Under the pieces are notes generated by a model. It saw only the letters and a list, made by a program, of their open reading frames with translations, did not search any database and had not been told where the DNA came from. 21,873 nt of DNA from positions 124,001 to 145,873 of the forward strand of contig MU271219.1 of assembly GCA_021432655.1 (NCBI GenBank). Reading direction: 5' to 3'. Position 1 is the first letter of the stretch. Every line of letters begins with the position of its first letter. The translations under genes and the position numbers were made by a program. Positions 1 to 10,440 of the stretch are shown here, piece by piece. This stretch comes from Atractiella rhizophila (Eukaryota).

Positions 1-422
1 ACAACTGTAGTCGTTGAACTCCCGCTGGTTGAAGGTGAATTCCCCTCTAGTTGTGATATTTGAGCCTGATTGACAGGATGCTGGTTCAAAGGTAACCTCA
101 GTTCACTATACGGAGGGTTATAGCGCCAAGGAACTTTCACCTGGAGTCGGGTGTATTCGAGTTCAAAATTGTCTACTGCATCCGCGATATATCTCGCTCT
201 CCAAGCAACATGTTTCAAAACTTCTAGAATTCTGCGCCAACCATATGCATTGACGGCTGGGAAAAGAGTGGAAGTACGAACTTGGAGACGGTCTTTTCAT
301 GGCCAGGATATCTCTCCATCCAATGAGCAAGATAACCCCAATCACCTGGCAGCTGTTTCAATGAGTTCAGCGGGTAACAAAATTCTAACACGACATCAGC
401 ATTTCGACCTTCCACCTAACCC

Positions 423-851
423 TCAAATGCGCTGACCTCCATGGAACTGTGCGGAAACTACAAGCCTCTTCTGCTGAAGATTCTGAGTAAGTGTGAAGGT
501 CGAAAGTAAAATGACAATGTGGATCTGGGCATCTGACATTTCCTGCAGAGATTTTACGGCGGCTGCGATGATTTTGCTGTCAGTGAAATTAGCGTAGCAA
601 GATTTTGCGAGTCGTAGCGCCATGAAAGTATGGCTCGATTGCATCGTCACCAAGATGCGAGTCATTCCGATGTCCTCGTCACCCAAAGCCGTGCGAAATG
701 CACTTGGTTCGGAAACAGAGAAGTCTGGGTCTTGGATCAATGTTGCGTAATTTTGCCGCCAGTGATGATAGTGCTCAACGACGGCTTGTAACCGGGAAAG
801 CCTTTCCTCCACTTCGCTCTGAGTGGTTGCCGGTTGGCGAGTATAGTCCGC
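423..851 (-). CDS. Probable internal exon of a minus-strand gene, possibly the 3' part of the Zn2Cys6-motif gene at 2073-3014; product unknown
   Basis: Open frame (EERLSRLQAVVEHYHHWRQNYATLIQDPDF...) preceded by a branch/acceptor-like ctgac...ctacag near 852 and ending near a gtcagc donor-like site. No family recognised. Confidence 0.35.
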   Translation of the reverse strand, partial: ADYTRQPATTQSEVEERLSRLQAVVEHYHHWRQNYATLIQDPDFSVSEPSAFRTALGDEDIGMTRILVTMQSSHTFMALRLAKSCYANFTDSKIIAAAVKSLQEMSDAQIHIVILLSTFTLTQNLQQKRLVVSAQFHGGQRI

Positions 852-983
852 TGTAGAGAGGTGTTGGGTCAGGAATACTTAACCACGCTGCAATGAGAAC
901 AAACCAATCGTGAGTATATATCGTTTAATACCCATGAGGTGTCCCCAGGCCATCTCTTGAGCCATGTCTTGCGACATGTCATC

Positions 984-1723
984 NNNNNNNNNNNNNNNNN
1001 NNNNNNNNNNNNNNNNNNNNNNNNNNNNNNNNNNNNNNNNNNNNNNNNNNNNNNNNNNNNNNNNNNNNNNNNNNNNNNNNNNNNNNNNNNNNNNNNNNNN
1101 NNNNNNNNNNNNNNNNNNNNNNNNNNNNNNNNNNNNNNNNNNNNNNNNNNNNNNNNNNNNNNNNNNNNNNNNNNNNNNNNNNNNNNNNNNNNNNNNNNNN
1201 NNNNNNNNNNNNNNNNNNNNNNNNNNNNNNNNNNNNNNNNNNNNNNNNNNNNNNNNNNNNNNNNNNNNNNNNNNNNNNNNNNNNNNNNNNNNNNNNNNNN
1301 NNNNNNNNNNNNNNNNNNNNNNNNNNNNNNNNNNNNNNNNNNNNNNNNNNNNNNNNNNNNNNNNNNNNNNNNNNNNNNNNNNNNNNNNNNNNNNNNNNNN
1401 NNNNNNNNNNNNNNNNNNNNNNNNNNNNNNNNNNNNNNNNNNNNNNNNNNNNNNNNNNNNNNNNNNNNNNNNNNNNNNNNNNNNNNNNNNNNNNNNNNNN
1501 NNNNNNNNNNNNNNNNNNNNNNNNNNNNNNNNNNNNNNNNNNNNNNNNNNNNNNNNNNNNNNNNNNNNNNNNNNNNNNNNNNNNNNNNNNNNNNNNNNNN
1601 NNNNNNNNNNNNNNNNNNNNNNNNNNNNNNNNNNNNNNNNNNNNNNNNNNNNNNNNNNNNNNNNNNNNNNNNNNNNNNNNNNNNNNNNNNNNNNNNNNNN
1701 NNNNNNNNNNNNNNNNNNNNNNN
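984..1723. other. Assembly gap (740 N)
   Basis: Run of N. ORFs in the track that span it are artefacts. Confidence 0.99.
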
Positions 1724-2072
1724 GTGTACGAGATCCAATCACTCTCATTCTGTATGTCGCTCACGCAATAAGCGAGCACGACGGGTAGTTCAACAGAAGC
1801 CACTGCAGGAATATTTCAATTCAGTTATTGTTTGGTGGAAAGTAAGAGCGAACTGGATAGCATATGATCTCCCAAAGAAGATACCATATGCGTACCACCT
1901 AAGCGGTTGTTTATGGAGCTGTCCGCGAGGTTGAGGACCTTGATGACTTTGGAGTGCAGAGCTCCGGTGCTGTTCGTAGACGACGGAGCACGACGATTCG
2001 ATCTGGACGTTTTAAGTTGGAGGGTTTCTCTGCACGACGGTGCAAGTCATTTCAGCCCTCCAGTGCTGGCAG

Positions 2073-3014
2073 TCAAGGGTGAAGGTACTTTGAGTTTCGG
2101 TTCAGGTTGCCGGAATGTTTACGGTCCGAGTTATAAGAAAACTCGCATCTTTCCCAGCCCAAGGTGAGATTTGACAAAACAGCAGAGAGGAGAGCATAGA
2201 CGCACGGTGCTGAGGCATTCTTACACTCCCTGCAAGGAACTCTAGACAGTCCAGCAGGTTCACAAGAAAGATGGAGTTCGACGCATCGCAGACAGGTATT
2301 CGTGGCTGGTCGTCGATGAGGTCTCTGCGAGCGCGGGTTTCGAGACTGCATGAGCAGCAGGTTGCTTTGGCAGAGATCCGGGGCGACACTCGAGGAATGG
2401 AAGTGATAACGTTACTGAAGTACTGGTTCGCCCGTGACTCGTTCCTTTATGATTATGATAATTTGACGCTTGTCTGTGATGATGGTGAGCACGACATCCG
2501 GACGTTAATGGATAAGTTTGTCTTTCCGCCGCATTCCAGGACCTATGAACCTTTATGAACTTCTCCACCGGCTACGGCTACGGTTGTGTCAGCTGGCAAC
2601 TTCCCTCGCTCGCTTGCTGAGGGTACCAGTACTAATAGCTTGTTTGGATAGTAATTCGAAGCCTAGCGTGGCATTGTAATTGCAAGGAAGTGTGGGCGAA
2701 AAGTAAAAGTGCTCTTTACGTCGAACATCACAATTTCATACTGTTCTGCCCAGATGCCCAGATAAACGCCTAAGCGCCTAAGCTTGGCTGTTCGATGTTT
2801 TTTGAGGTATTTCAAGGTAAATGCATTGATCATGCCCACTTCAGGCTCCTGAGCATCTTGGAGCCTGAAAGTCTGCGCTCGAAGGGCCTTGTCCGAGTCC
2901 GAATCCTGACATCCCGAGCCGCTCATGCCCAGCATTGGTGTCGAGATCGACCTCGGGCGAACTCCTGCTCACTCGTGCGAAGCCAGGTCGCAGTGAGGAT
3001 GCGGACGAGTCCAT
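2073..3014 (-). CDS. Multi-exon gene (5' part) encoding an internal, divergent Zn(II)2Cys6 binuclear-cluster motif
   Basis: CLRCVELHLSCEPAGLSRVPCRECKNASAPC at 2202-2294 fits C-x2-C-x6-C-x9-C-x2-C-x6-C. Phase-compatible splice pairs: ATG 3014, exon to 2973|gtgagc...gtcag|2905 (DSDSDKAL...), and ...RTSTS|gtaacg...catgcag|SRNPRS. Middle exons and the 3' end are uncertain. Confidence 0.55.
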
Positions 3015-3599
3015 GTACAGTCTGCGGTGACACAGGGGAAAGTATGTCACGGTGTAGACGAAATTTCTAAACAGCTACCTGTCTAGCCAGAGTAACTGCT
3101 GAACGCATTCAACCAGACGTTGGCATAGAAAGGACTCCTTGTAACAATTTTGTGCGCGGGTTGATCTTGGAGACTTTCCTCAAGCCAGTTAAAGAGAGTC
3201 TCCATGGATGAGCCACTTCGCGACGCGATGAGAAGGATGGCGGAGTAGCAGAAGGCGACTCTGAGGCTTCAAATTTACACGAGGTCAAATAACAATTTAC
3301 AGCAGCGCCACCCTTTCTACCCAAGAACGAGGGTCTTCTCTTTCTTCCTTCCCCAGCACGGTGCTCATGTTTTCTCTCCTCCCGCGCCGGTTTCCTCGTT
3401 CCGCCTTAGTTCAACTACCGTCGCCCCGGCGAGTTCTTTGGAACTATACGCATTCCTCTGTTGAAGACAGGGGACGCAACAACACGATGGACTCCTGAAA
3501 GTGACACATACGGCGAGTTGCTCGCACACGAAGTCCTCAACGTTCTCCAGGTCCTTGCACAGAGCGACGTAATGGTAGACTCCGACTCCGTTGTGTTCG

Positions 3600-4468
3600 G
3601 CTATTGACAGAAGACCATGACAAAAGGGACTCAATCCACCATCGCACTGTTCTGGACAAGCTCAGACGGCATCAGTTTGGGTCCAGCTCTGTGCTTGTAA
3701 ATGGCTTTTCAGATGTTGGCGAGGTGCTCCTGTATTCTTGGGATCAATCTATCAATCTGATCCGTTATTTTTAGCGTGCACCTCACTTCCTGCTTGGAAC
3801 AGGCTCAAAGTGCTGCACAGGATGTCTCTTTTCGGAACATCCTTCTTGGCCTAATTGAAGAAGGGCTAAATGGATATTTCATTGATTGGGAATTTGCAAA
3901 GAAACTAAACGACCATGAGAGCTCTTGAGAATGAACGGTCCGCACCCTCCTGCAATTTTATGTAGTGGTTCATAATGATATAGTGCACTTACGAGTTCAT
4001 GTCACGTCTTAGGAGAAATCGGTCCAACAAAGACTGTCCGTCAGGAGATCTCAGATGACATTGAGTCTTTCGTTTACGTTCCGACATGGACTGTTCTACG
4101 TACGCACAAAGCGAGTTGTTGCGCCAACAGCATCGGGTCGAACGGGTATCATAACGGGAGGTCCAAGCGAGCTAAAGGTCACTCCCAACGAGCTTCAGCA
4201 ACTACTCGGGAAACTGTTCCGTAGCCTTTCTAACCCTTTGGGCGGTCGTAGTCATCTAGTAAATGATATTCTTGAATATTTCCAGGAAGGTGAAGCTCCA
4301 AAAGAGATGACGGAGGGGAAGTTGATGAAGGCCAAGAAAACGGCTCATAAGCAATCTAGTCAAGTGACTACTCACGAATTTATGTCGTGGGTGTTATTGG
4401 ATGCCTTCAAAGGTATCGCAAAGTCAGAAGAGTGGAGCAGTTTCGCAGGACGGTCATGTTGTGAGTAG
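3600..4468 (+). pseudogene. Fungal-specific protein kinase (FunK1 / Pkinase_fungal-like) pseudogene
   Basis: Ordered motifs across frameshifts: VLHR/DVSFRNILL (3810-3847, 1-nt deletion within HRD), GYFIDWEFAK (from 3872), S*E*T with two TGA stops (3926, 3932), intron 3938-3983, (C)TYEFMS (3984-4004), and after another shift DDIESFVYVPTWTVLR (from 4054). These match the FunK1 motifs HRDIS..NIL, LIDW..A, GT..FMS and DDLESFFYVL. Boundaries approximate. Confidence 0.8.
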
Positions 4469-4798
4469 CAATAGGAAAGGAGAAGAGAGGCAACAGAAGC
4501 ACACGGTTACAAGAGGTTGAAGACATTCCGACAGTACATGGCTCATTGGCTCATCCAAACCGAACGTATTCAGTACACTCTGCTTTCTTTACTCACACGA
4601 ATTCTAATTGTGTAGAGGTACCTCAGACTGATCATCTGTTCACCAACTCGGGACTGAAGAGACGTGAGTCGAAGAGTTTCGCTGACAACGACAGGATGTC
4701 ATCATTGTGGAGTAAAAGATATTTGATACACTAGACACTTTCACAACAGGGTACCGAAGATGTAGCACTGGTAGGATATAAATTCTCAAAGGAGCTAT

Positions 4799-7700
4799 TC
4801 AATCTCCATACTTGCTCAACTAGTCAGTTCAATATCGTCAGCATCAGCTTACACAAGGTATACAGATATAGCAGAGTGCTTACATCCAGGGTAAGAACCA
4901 TGCTTCCACCCTCCTCTAAATTCCTCGTCACCCCCACCAATGCGTTAGCCTTCTCGTAAAAAGCGCCTTTGAGTGAGATGACAATAAACTGAAATTCTTC
5001 GTTTGCTCTCCTCTTAACGTAGTTGGCGATCCTCGATACATTCGTGTTGTCAAGTGCTGCATCTACTTCGTCCAGAACGAAAAATGGTGATGGATGATAA
5101 CTTGTTGAAGCATCGTCAAGCAACACAAAAAGGTTAGATGCCGACAAACCTATGAATCGCAAAGAGTAGTGCAAGAGCAGCCATTGTTTTCTCGCCCCCT
5201 GAAAGCTGATCCATGTCTCTGAACCTCTTCATGGGGGGCATCGCGTGGTATTTGATTCCATGAAGGTACGGTTCCTGTGGGAACGATGAGGCAAATTGGA
5301 AGTTAACCTGAGGGACGATATACCTCACTATCTTCCAAAGAAAGATACGCGACGCCACCCATGGGACTAGCCTTTCCCTTAGTCAAGTCCTTGTAGACTC
5401 CATCGATGCGTCCAGAAATATGATTGAAGGCTTTGTTGAACAAGTCGCTTCGCTTGTTCTTCACCTCGTTAAAGATCTCTTTTGCTTCCTGAGAAACTCG
5501 TCGGGCTTCTTGAAATTCTTTTTCAGCATCGTCGAGCTTTGTCTGGACATCCTCCAGCCTATTCACGATTTCAGTAGCAGCAAACAAGATAATACAGAGT
5601 ATTACGCACCTATCAATGGCCTTCATATTTGGTGTCAGCTTCTCGATCTCATCCGTAAGTCTCTTCACTTCATTCAAAAGCTCATTCTCGGCGTCCGGCC
5701 CAGTAGCCTGATGACTCTTAGTTTGCACTTAGATAAAAAGCTGCAATAGCGCACCTCTCGCTCATCCTCGTCCAGATCAGTGAAATCAACTTCAACGCCA
5801 AAGTCCTGAACAGCTAAAGGTCTTTGGGTACCATCGTCATTGCCGTCTACTTCCATAGGAATGACGTCTCGAATTGCCTGAACGGTTACGTTAGGAGCGG
5901 TAGGTACAAAGATACATTGACGAACCTCTTCTATCGGTAAGTCTTCAAGTGAACCCTGCAGGAGCGGAAGATCAATTTCCTCCAGCTTGCAACGGCGGTA
6001 AATTCCATAACGCTCCGACGAAAGTTTCTCTATCTCATCGTTCTAACACCCAGACATAAGGGTGAGGAGAGCTCTTGTGCAAGGTACATTTAACTCACCT
6101 TTCCAGAGATCTCTTTAAGGGATTTATCAAGATTTCGAGAAGCTTTACTAGAGCTCTTCTTCGCCTCTTCAACCTTTGTAGACTTCTCTTCCAGGCTCTC
6201 GTTCAGCGCGTTGAGCTGGTCATCGAAGCCTTCCGCCTCTGCTTGGATGCCTTCAATCTTTTCCTCGATCTCGCTCTTCTCCTTCTCAGCACTTGTGAGA
6301 TCCTTCTCAAACTTCTTGATCGAGTTCTCGATGGTCAGCACACGATTTTTTAGACTGTCGAGTTGACCACGCTCAAACTTGAGCCTGTTGCCTTTGTAAG
6401 CATCTGTTCCTTCATCTGAGTAAATCACGAACTGAGTTTCCAGACGATTGATATGTTTGTTGAACGCCACCTGGGCCTTCTCCGACTCTTCTAGAGCTTC
6501 CAAAGTCTTCCCTTCGTACTCTTGGATATTCGAAACGCCTATGCGTTGACAGAATGCGTCAAAGATCTCATCGTCCGCTTCATTGATGGTTGCCTGTGTA
6601 GAATCTCGGGTGGACTGGAGCTTGTCTCGCTTTGTACTCGCCTTAAGATTCCCACATGTTAATGCCTCATGTATGGGAAGGATGGTGGAACATACACTGG
6701 CCACAGATTGATGATGCGACTTTTGGGTGGTGCGAAGTACCTTGAGCTCATCTTTGATATTAGAAAGTTTCGATTGACTCGCATTCTATCAGACACCAAT
6801 CAGCTTTTTAGAATCAACGGCAACTGCGCACCAGTTCATCCTTTGAGGCGGTATGATCCCTCTTCAACCGCTCCACCTCAAGGCTTAACTGCTCTTCCGC
6901 TCCAGGCCGCGGCTGCTCTTCTGCTAGACTCCTCAGCTGCGATAGCAGAGAATCTCGGTGCTGGCACAGCTCTACAACAGACAAGTTAACGTGTTGTCTC
7001 AGAAAAAGCGTTTTGCACACCATCCAGCTCGCCTTGCTCCCATCGCTTGCTGTTTGCTTGGAGTCCTGCGGCTCCTCCTGTAATCAGACCTGCACGATGA
7101 ATGACTGTTCCGTCGAGGGTGACAGCTGTGAGGGGCCAATAAGCTTAAATTCTCATGAGAAAACGGGGATAGATACCTTTTACCTCTTGGCCTTTCTCGA
7201 AGCAAACATGCCGGGCGATATCCATGTTATCACATATGAGCGTATCACCGCAGGCGTATTCCATTGCTCGAGCTACCTCAGGAGAGTATTGAATGCAGTC
7301 GATAGCGAGACGTGAGCCTTTCCCAGGGTTACGAAACCTATCGTTGATCGGCTTTACTTTGACTGTGTCCAAGGGAACGAAAGTTGCGATACCCGACCGT
7401 TGAGTTCGAAGGTACTACTTCATTATCAATCAAGCGAAAGGGCAGCGTGACAGGAAGATAGACCTCAATGCAGTCCATACCTCCTTTCTCTGTATCTACG
7501 ACAATGGAGTCGATATGCCTTCCGAGAGCAATGGAGACAGCAACGTCATATTTTCTTGCGCTCGGTTTACATAGGTCTACAATCCTTCCCTTTACACCTG
7601 TAGAAGTGTTAATAGGAAAGTAATGATAAGGAGGAATCAAGACATACGACCAGGGAAGACACGCTGGAGATCACTGATGAGCTGTTTCAGTCGTTGCTGG

Positions 7701-10057
7701 TGCTTGTCTGCCTGTAGCTCAGAGCGTCCTTGCTCGATCTTCGCCAGACAATCTGCTAGCTTTTCGTTATGTTCAGCTTGGAGTTGACTGGTTGCAGCGA
7801 TCAGTCATCAATCAATCAAACAATATGGGTGGAACCAACTTGATCCGTGTCTTTTCCGCTCGAAGCTCCTGCAACTGCTTGGTCTTCTCTCTTAACCTTG
7901 CGCTCAACGCCTTTTCCTTTTCTGCTCTCTAAGGTACCGGAACGAATCAGCGGGGGCACCAAGCAAAGAGGAGATGAACTTACAGCTTCTAGCTTCTCAT
8001 TGACCTGAAACTGGTCATTTTCCAGATTGTCAATCTGGTTATTAACCTGATCTAACTTCTCTGAAGCGACTGTCAACTCGCTCTCGACCTCTTTTAGGTT
8101 TCTAGAAACGGTAGCGAGTTCTTGACGCTCTTTCGCCGTCTTTGCATTTGCAGTTGCACGCCTGTCGTGAACCACTCAGCGTCAGAGCGATGTTATGTGA
8201 AGAGGGTGTTAAGCGCACAAGGTCTGGTATTGCTCGAGATCCCGAGGACTGAGCTTGAGACCCGATGCTTCAGAAGCTTTGATGGATGCTTCTAAGCACA
8301 ATTGTCCATGGCATGAGCGTCCAAACTCCTCATAGAGTTTGGAGCAAGCGTACCTTTATGGCGTGCAGCATTCCGCTTTGTCTCTTCCAACTCCTTCTCC
8401 ATCTCAGACACAGCCTTTTTCTTCCCATCTAAGTCCTTTTTCACATCTTTGATCGTCTTTTCCGCCTTTGTCTTCTTCGTCGTGCTGTGGATTACCCTCT
8501 CCCCCGCAGCAACAAGTAATGGTTCCTATACAAATGTCACGGTGGTACATCAGTGGCATTCATTTGATGGAGAGAAAGGTAAAGACATACTTCCTCCTCC
8601 GCTTGCTTCAACAACTTTTTCTTCTCCCTTTCTACCTTCTGAAGTTCTTTCGTCGCCGTAGCCTGCTCTTTCTTAGCCCTCTTCAATTCCGCTTCTCTCT
8701 TCTCAACTTCATCCCTCATCGCCCCCAAGGCATCATTCTTTTCTTCTATCCACTCGGAATGTGCCTCAATCATCGTCGAAATGTGATATAGTTGGAAAAG
8801 AAGGTGGTGAATGACAGCTGCCGCCTATCCACCAAACATCGTACAAGCACACGAAGAAAGTATTAACAACAGTCTTTCAAGGAAAGGGACAAGGAGGGAA
8901 GTGTGTGGTGTTGAGAAGGCGAACCTTTTTCTCCTTCAATTTAGCAAACCGAATAGCCTCGCTCTTCTGCTCCTTAAACTGTTTAATCTCGCTGTTCAGT
9001 CCTCTTCGCTTATTGAAGTTGAAAGTTGCATTCTCCGTTGCCTTTTCTTGTGCGACTCGGGCAGTTTCGTATTCCTCTTTCAACTCCAACGAGCTGTGGA
9101 ACGGTTTTAGGGCAAAGTAGGTGGGCCAATGGTAGACATACCCGCTGATTTGCTCAATCAATCGAGAGAGATCCTTTGGTGACTGAGATGCAACGGCTTC
9201 GACGTCTCCCTATGAACATAAAGGAATCAGATGGTACCTCGGCAATATGAGAGAAAAGATGTTAAGACCACTTTCTGGGGGAGGAAGTTACAAAAGCAGG
9301 AAATAGACCAACCTGGAAAACAAGAAAGTTCTTCGCTTTAACAAGAATATTGTGCTGCATGAGCGTGTCATTGTACTTATTGTAAGGCACAGGTTTGTCA
9401 TTTAGGTGGTAGGTGGAGCTGCCAGTGGTAGTTATCCTGTGAAGCATCTGTCAGTCAAGTCCATTGTGGAGCATCTGAAGAATCGAGAGAGGTTTTTACC
9501 GCGCCACGCTGTAACACATCACCATTTTTGTGTAATACAATAGCAAGGCATAGACAATTGGTTGATCTCTGTCCAGTGCAGCCTCAAACAAAGAGTAAAC
9601 CAAACGGCTGCACGGTCTAACAAAGGCTCCTGTGGAAAGAGTCGCGATGTTGTGGAAAGAGTCGCGATGTTGTGGAAAGAGTCGCGATGTTGCGACACAT
9701 AGCAAAGGTAACGTTCGAATACCCCTTCCAACAGACATTCAACAGAAAAACTCACGTTCGCATAAAGGTCCACTCTTTCTCATTCTTGTCTTTATAAACC
9801 GCTTTCACCCAAGCCTTCTTCTCAGCCTCCTCCTCCTCCTCCCCTTCCTCGCCTTGCGGGCCTCGATACACCAAATCCTTCAGCACGCTGCTCCTCAGCA
9901 TTGAACTCCTAACCCCCAAGACAAAGGAAATGGCGTCCATGCTATTTGACTTGCCAGATCCATTGGGGCCAATTATGCAGGTGAATGGATGCAGGGGACC
10001 TAGGACTTGATGCCCACGGTAAGACTTGAAGTTGTACACCTCGAGACGCTCCAGCAT
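4799..10057 (-). CDS. SMC1: Cohesin subunit Smc1, full-length multi-exon gene
   Basis: N-terminal NFKSY and Walker [47 protein letters not shown]; hinge [12 protein letters not shown]...YACGDTLIC...[52 protein letters not shown]; Walker [21 protein letters not shown]. First exons 9756-10057, 9313-9436, 9142-9209, 8925-9093, 8591-8824; stop TGA at 4799-4801. Confidence 0.97.
9437..9755 (-). ncRNA. Candidate intronic structured RNA (H/ACA snoRNA-like) in SMC1 intron 1
   Basis: 319-nt intron vs about 50-100 nt elsewhere. Stems ggaaggggt/actctttcc followed by ANANNA-matching acaaca or acagga, and gtgcagcc/ggctgcac. No rRNA target identified. Confidence 0.3.
9631..9690. repeat. Perfect 3x 20-bp tandem repeat (tgtggaaagagtcgcgatgt) in SMC1 intron 1
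   Basis: Three exact copies here. The duplicate has one variant copy (tgtggaaggagtcgcgatgt, about 11567-11586). Confidence 0.97.
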
Positions 10058-10086
10058 CGCGTATAATATGTCGAAACAATGGCGGG

Positions 10087-10092
10087 ACGCGT
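10087..10092. promoter_or_regulatory. MCB-like element ACGCGT 30 nt upstream of the SMC1 ATG
   Basis: Exact MluI cell-cycle box. Yeast cohesin genes are G1/S MBF targets. A 6-mer can also occur by chance. Confidence 0.4.
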
Positions 10093-10440
10093 TTCGTCGT
10101 TTTTGGTGGACAACGTTTGCGATGTGTGGAAAGAAGCAGCCTTAAGAACCCGCGCAGCACAAATCTCCTGCCAGCAGGCTGGCTCTGCAGCTAGTGACAG
10201 CGTCGAAAAACTGCTTCCTTTTGTTCATGGTAGAAGTGTTAGGTACAGTATACCTATGACCAGTCTTAACTGATGGAAGTCACATGCATTTTTTGTTTTG
10301 AAGTCAGCTGAAGTGAGTAACCCATTCGTCGGGTGCATCAGATTTCCTCTTGCTTTCACTATGATATCTTAGAGATTCGGCGCTGAAAATATATACAGCA
10401 TTAATTCTTTGTTTACTCTCTCATTACCTGCAAGGAGCCA

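Noticed and set aside
869..1934. Five long ORFs of 274-331 aa
   Set aside because: They are artefacts of translating through the N gap.
4055..4468. 137-aa ORF as a stand-alone gene
   Set aside because: It overlaps the out-of-frame DDIESF kinase motif and is better read as the 3' remnant of the kinase pseudogene.
8853..8873. 21-nt in-frame micro-exon (TVVNTFF) in SMC1 intron 4
   Set aside because: It would leave a 28-nt downstream intron, which is too short, and the Smc1 frame joins without it.
9612..9620. acggtctaa, complementary to a conserved 25S rRNA stretch (possible C/D guide)
   Set aside because: It is only 9 nt, lies on the strand opposite the host transcript, has no adjacent D box and is altered in copy 2.
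9631..9690. 20-bp repeats as a CRISPR-like array
   Set aside because: There are no spacers, the context is a eukaryotic intron, and it is a simple tandem triplication.
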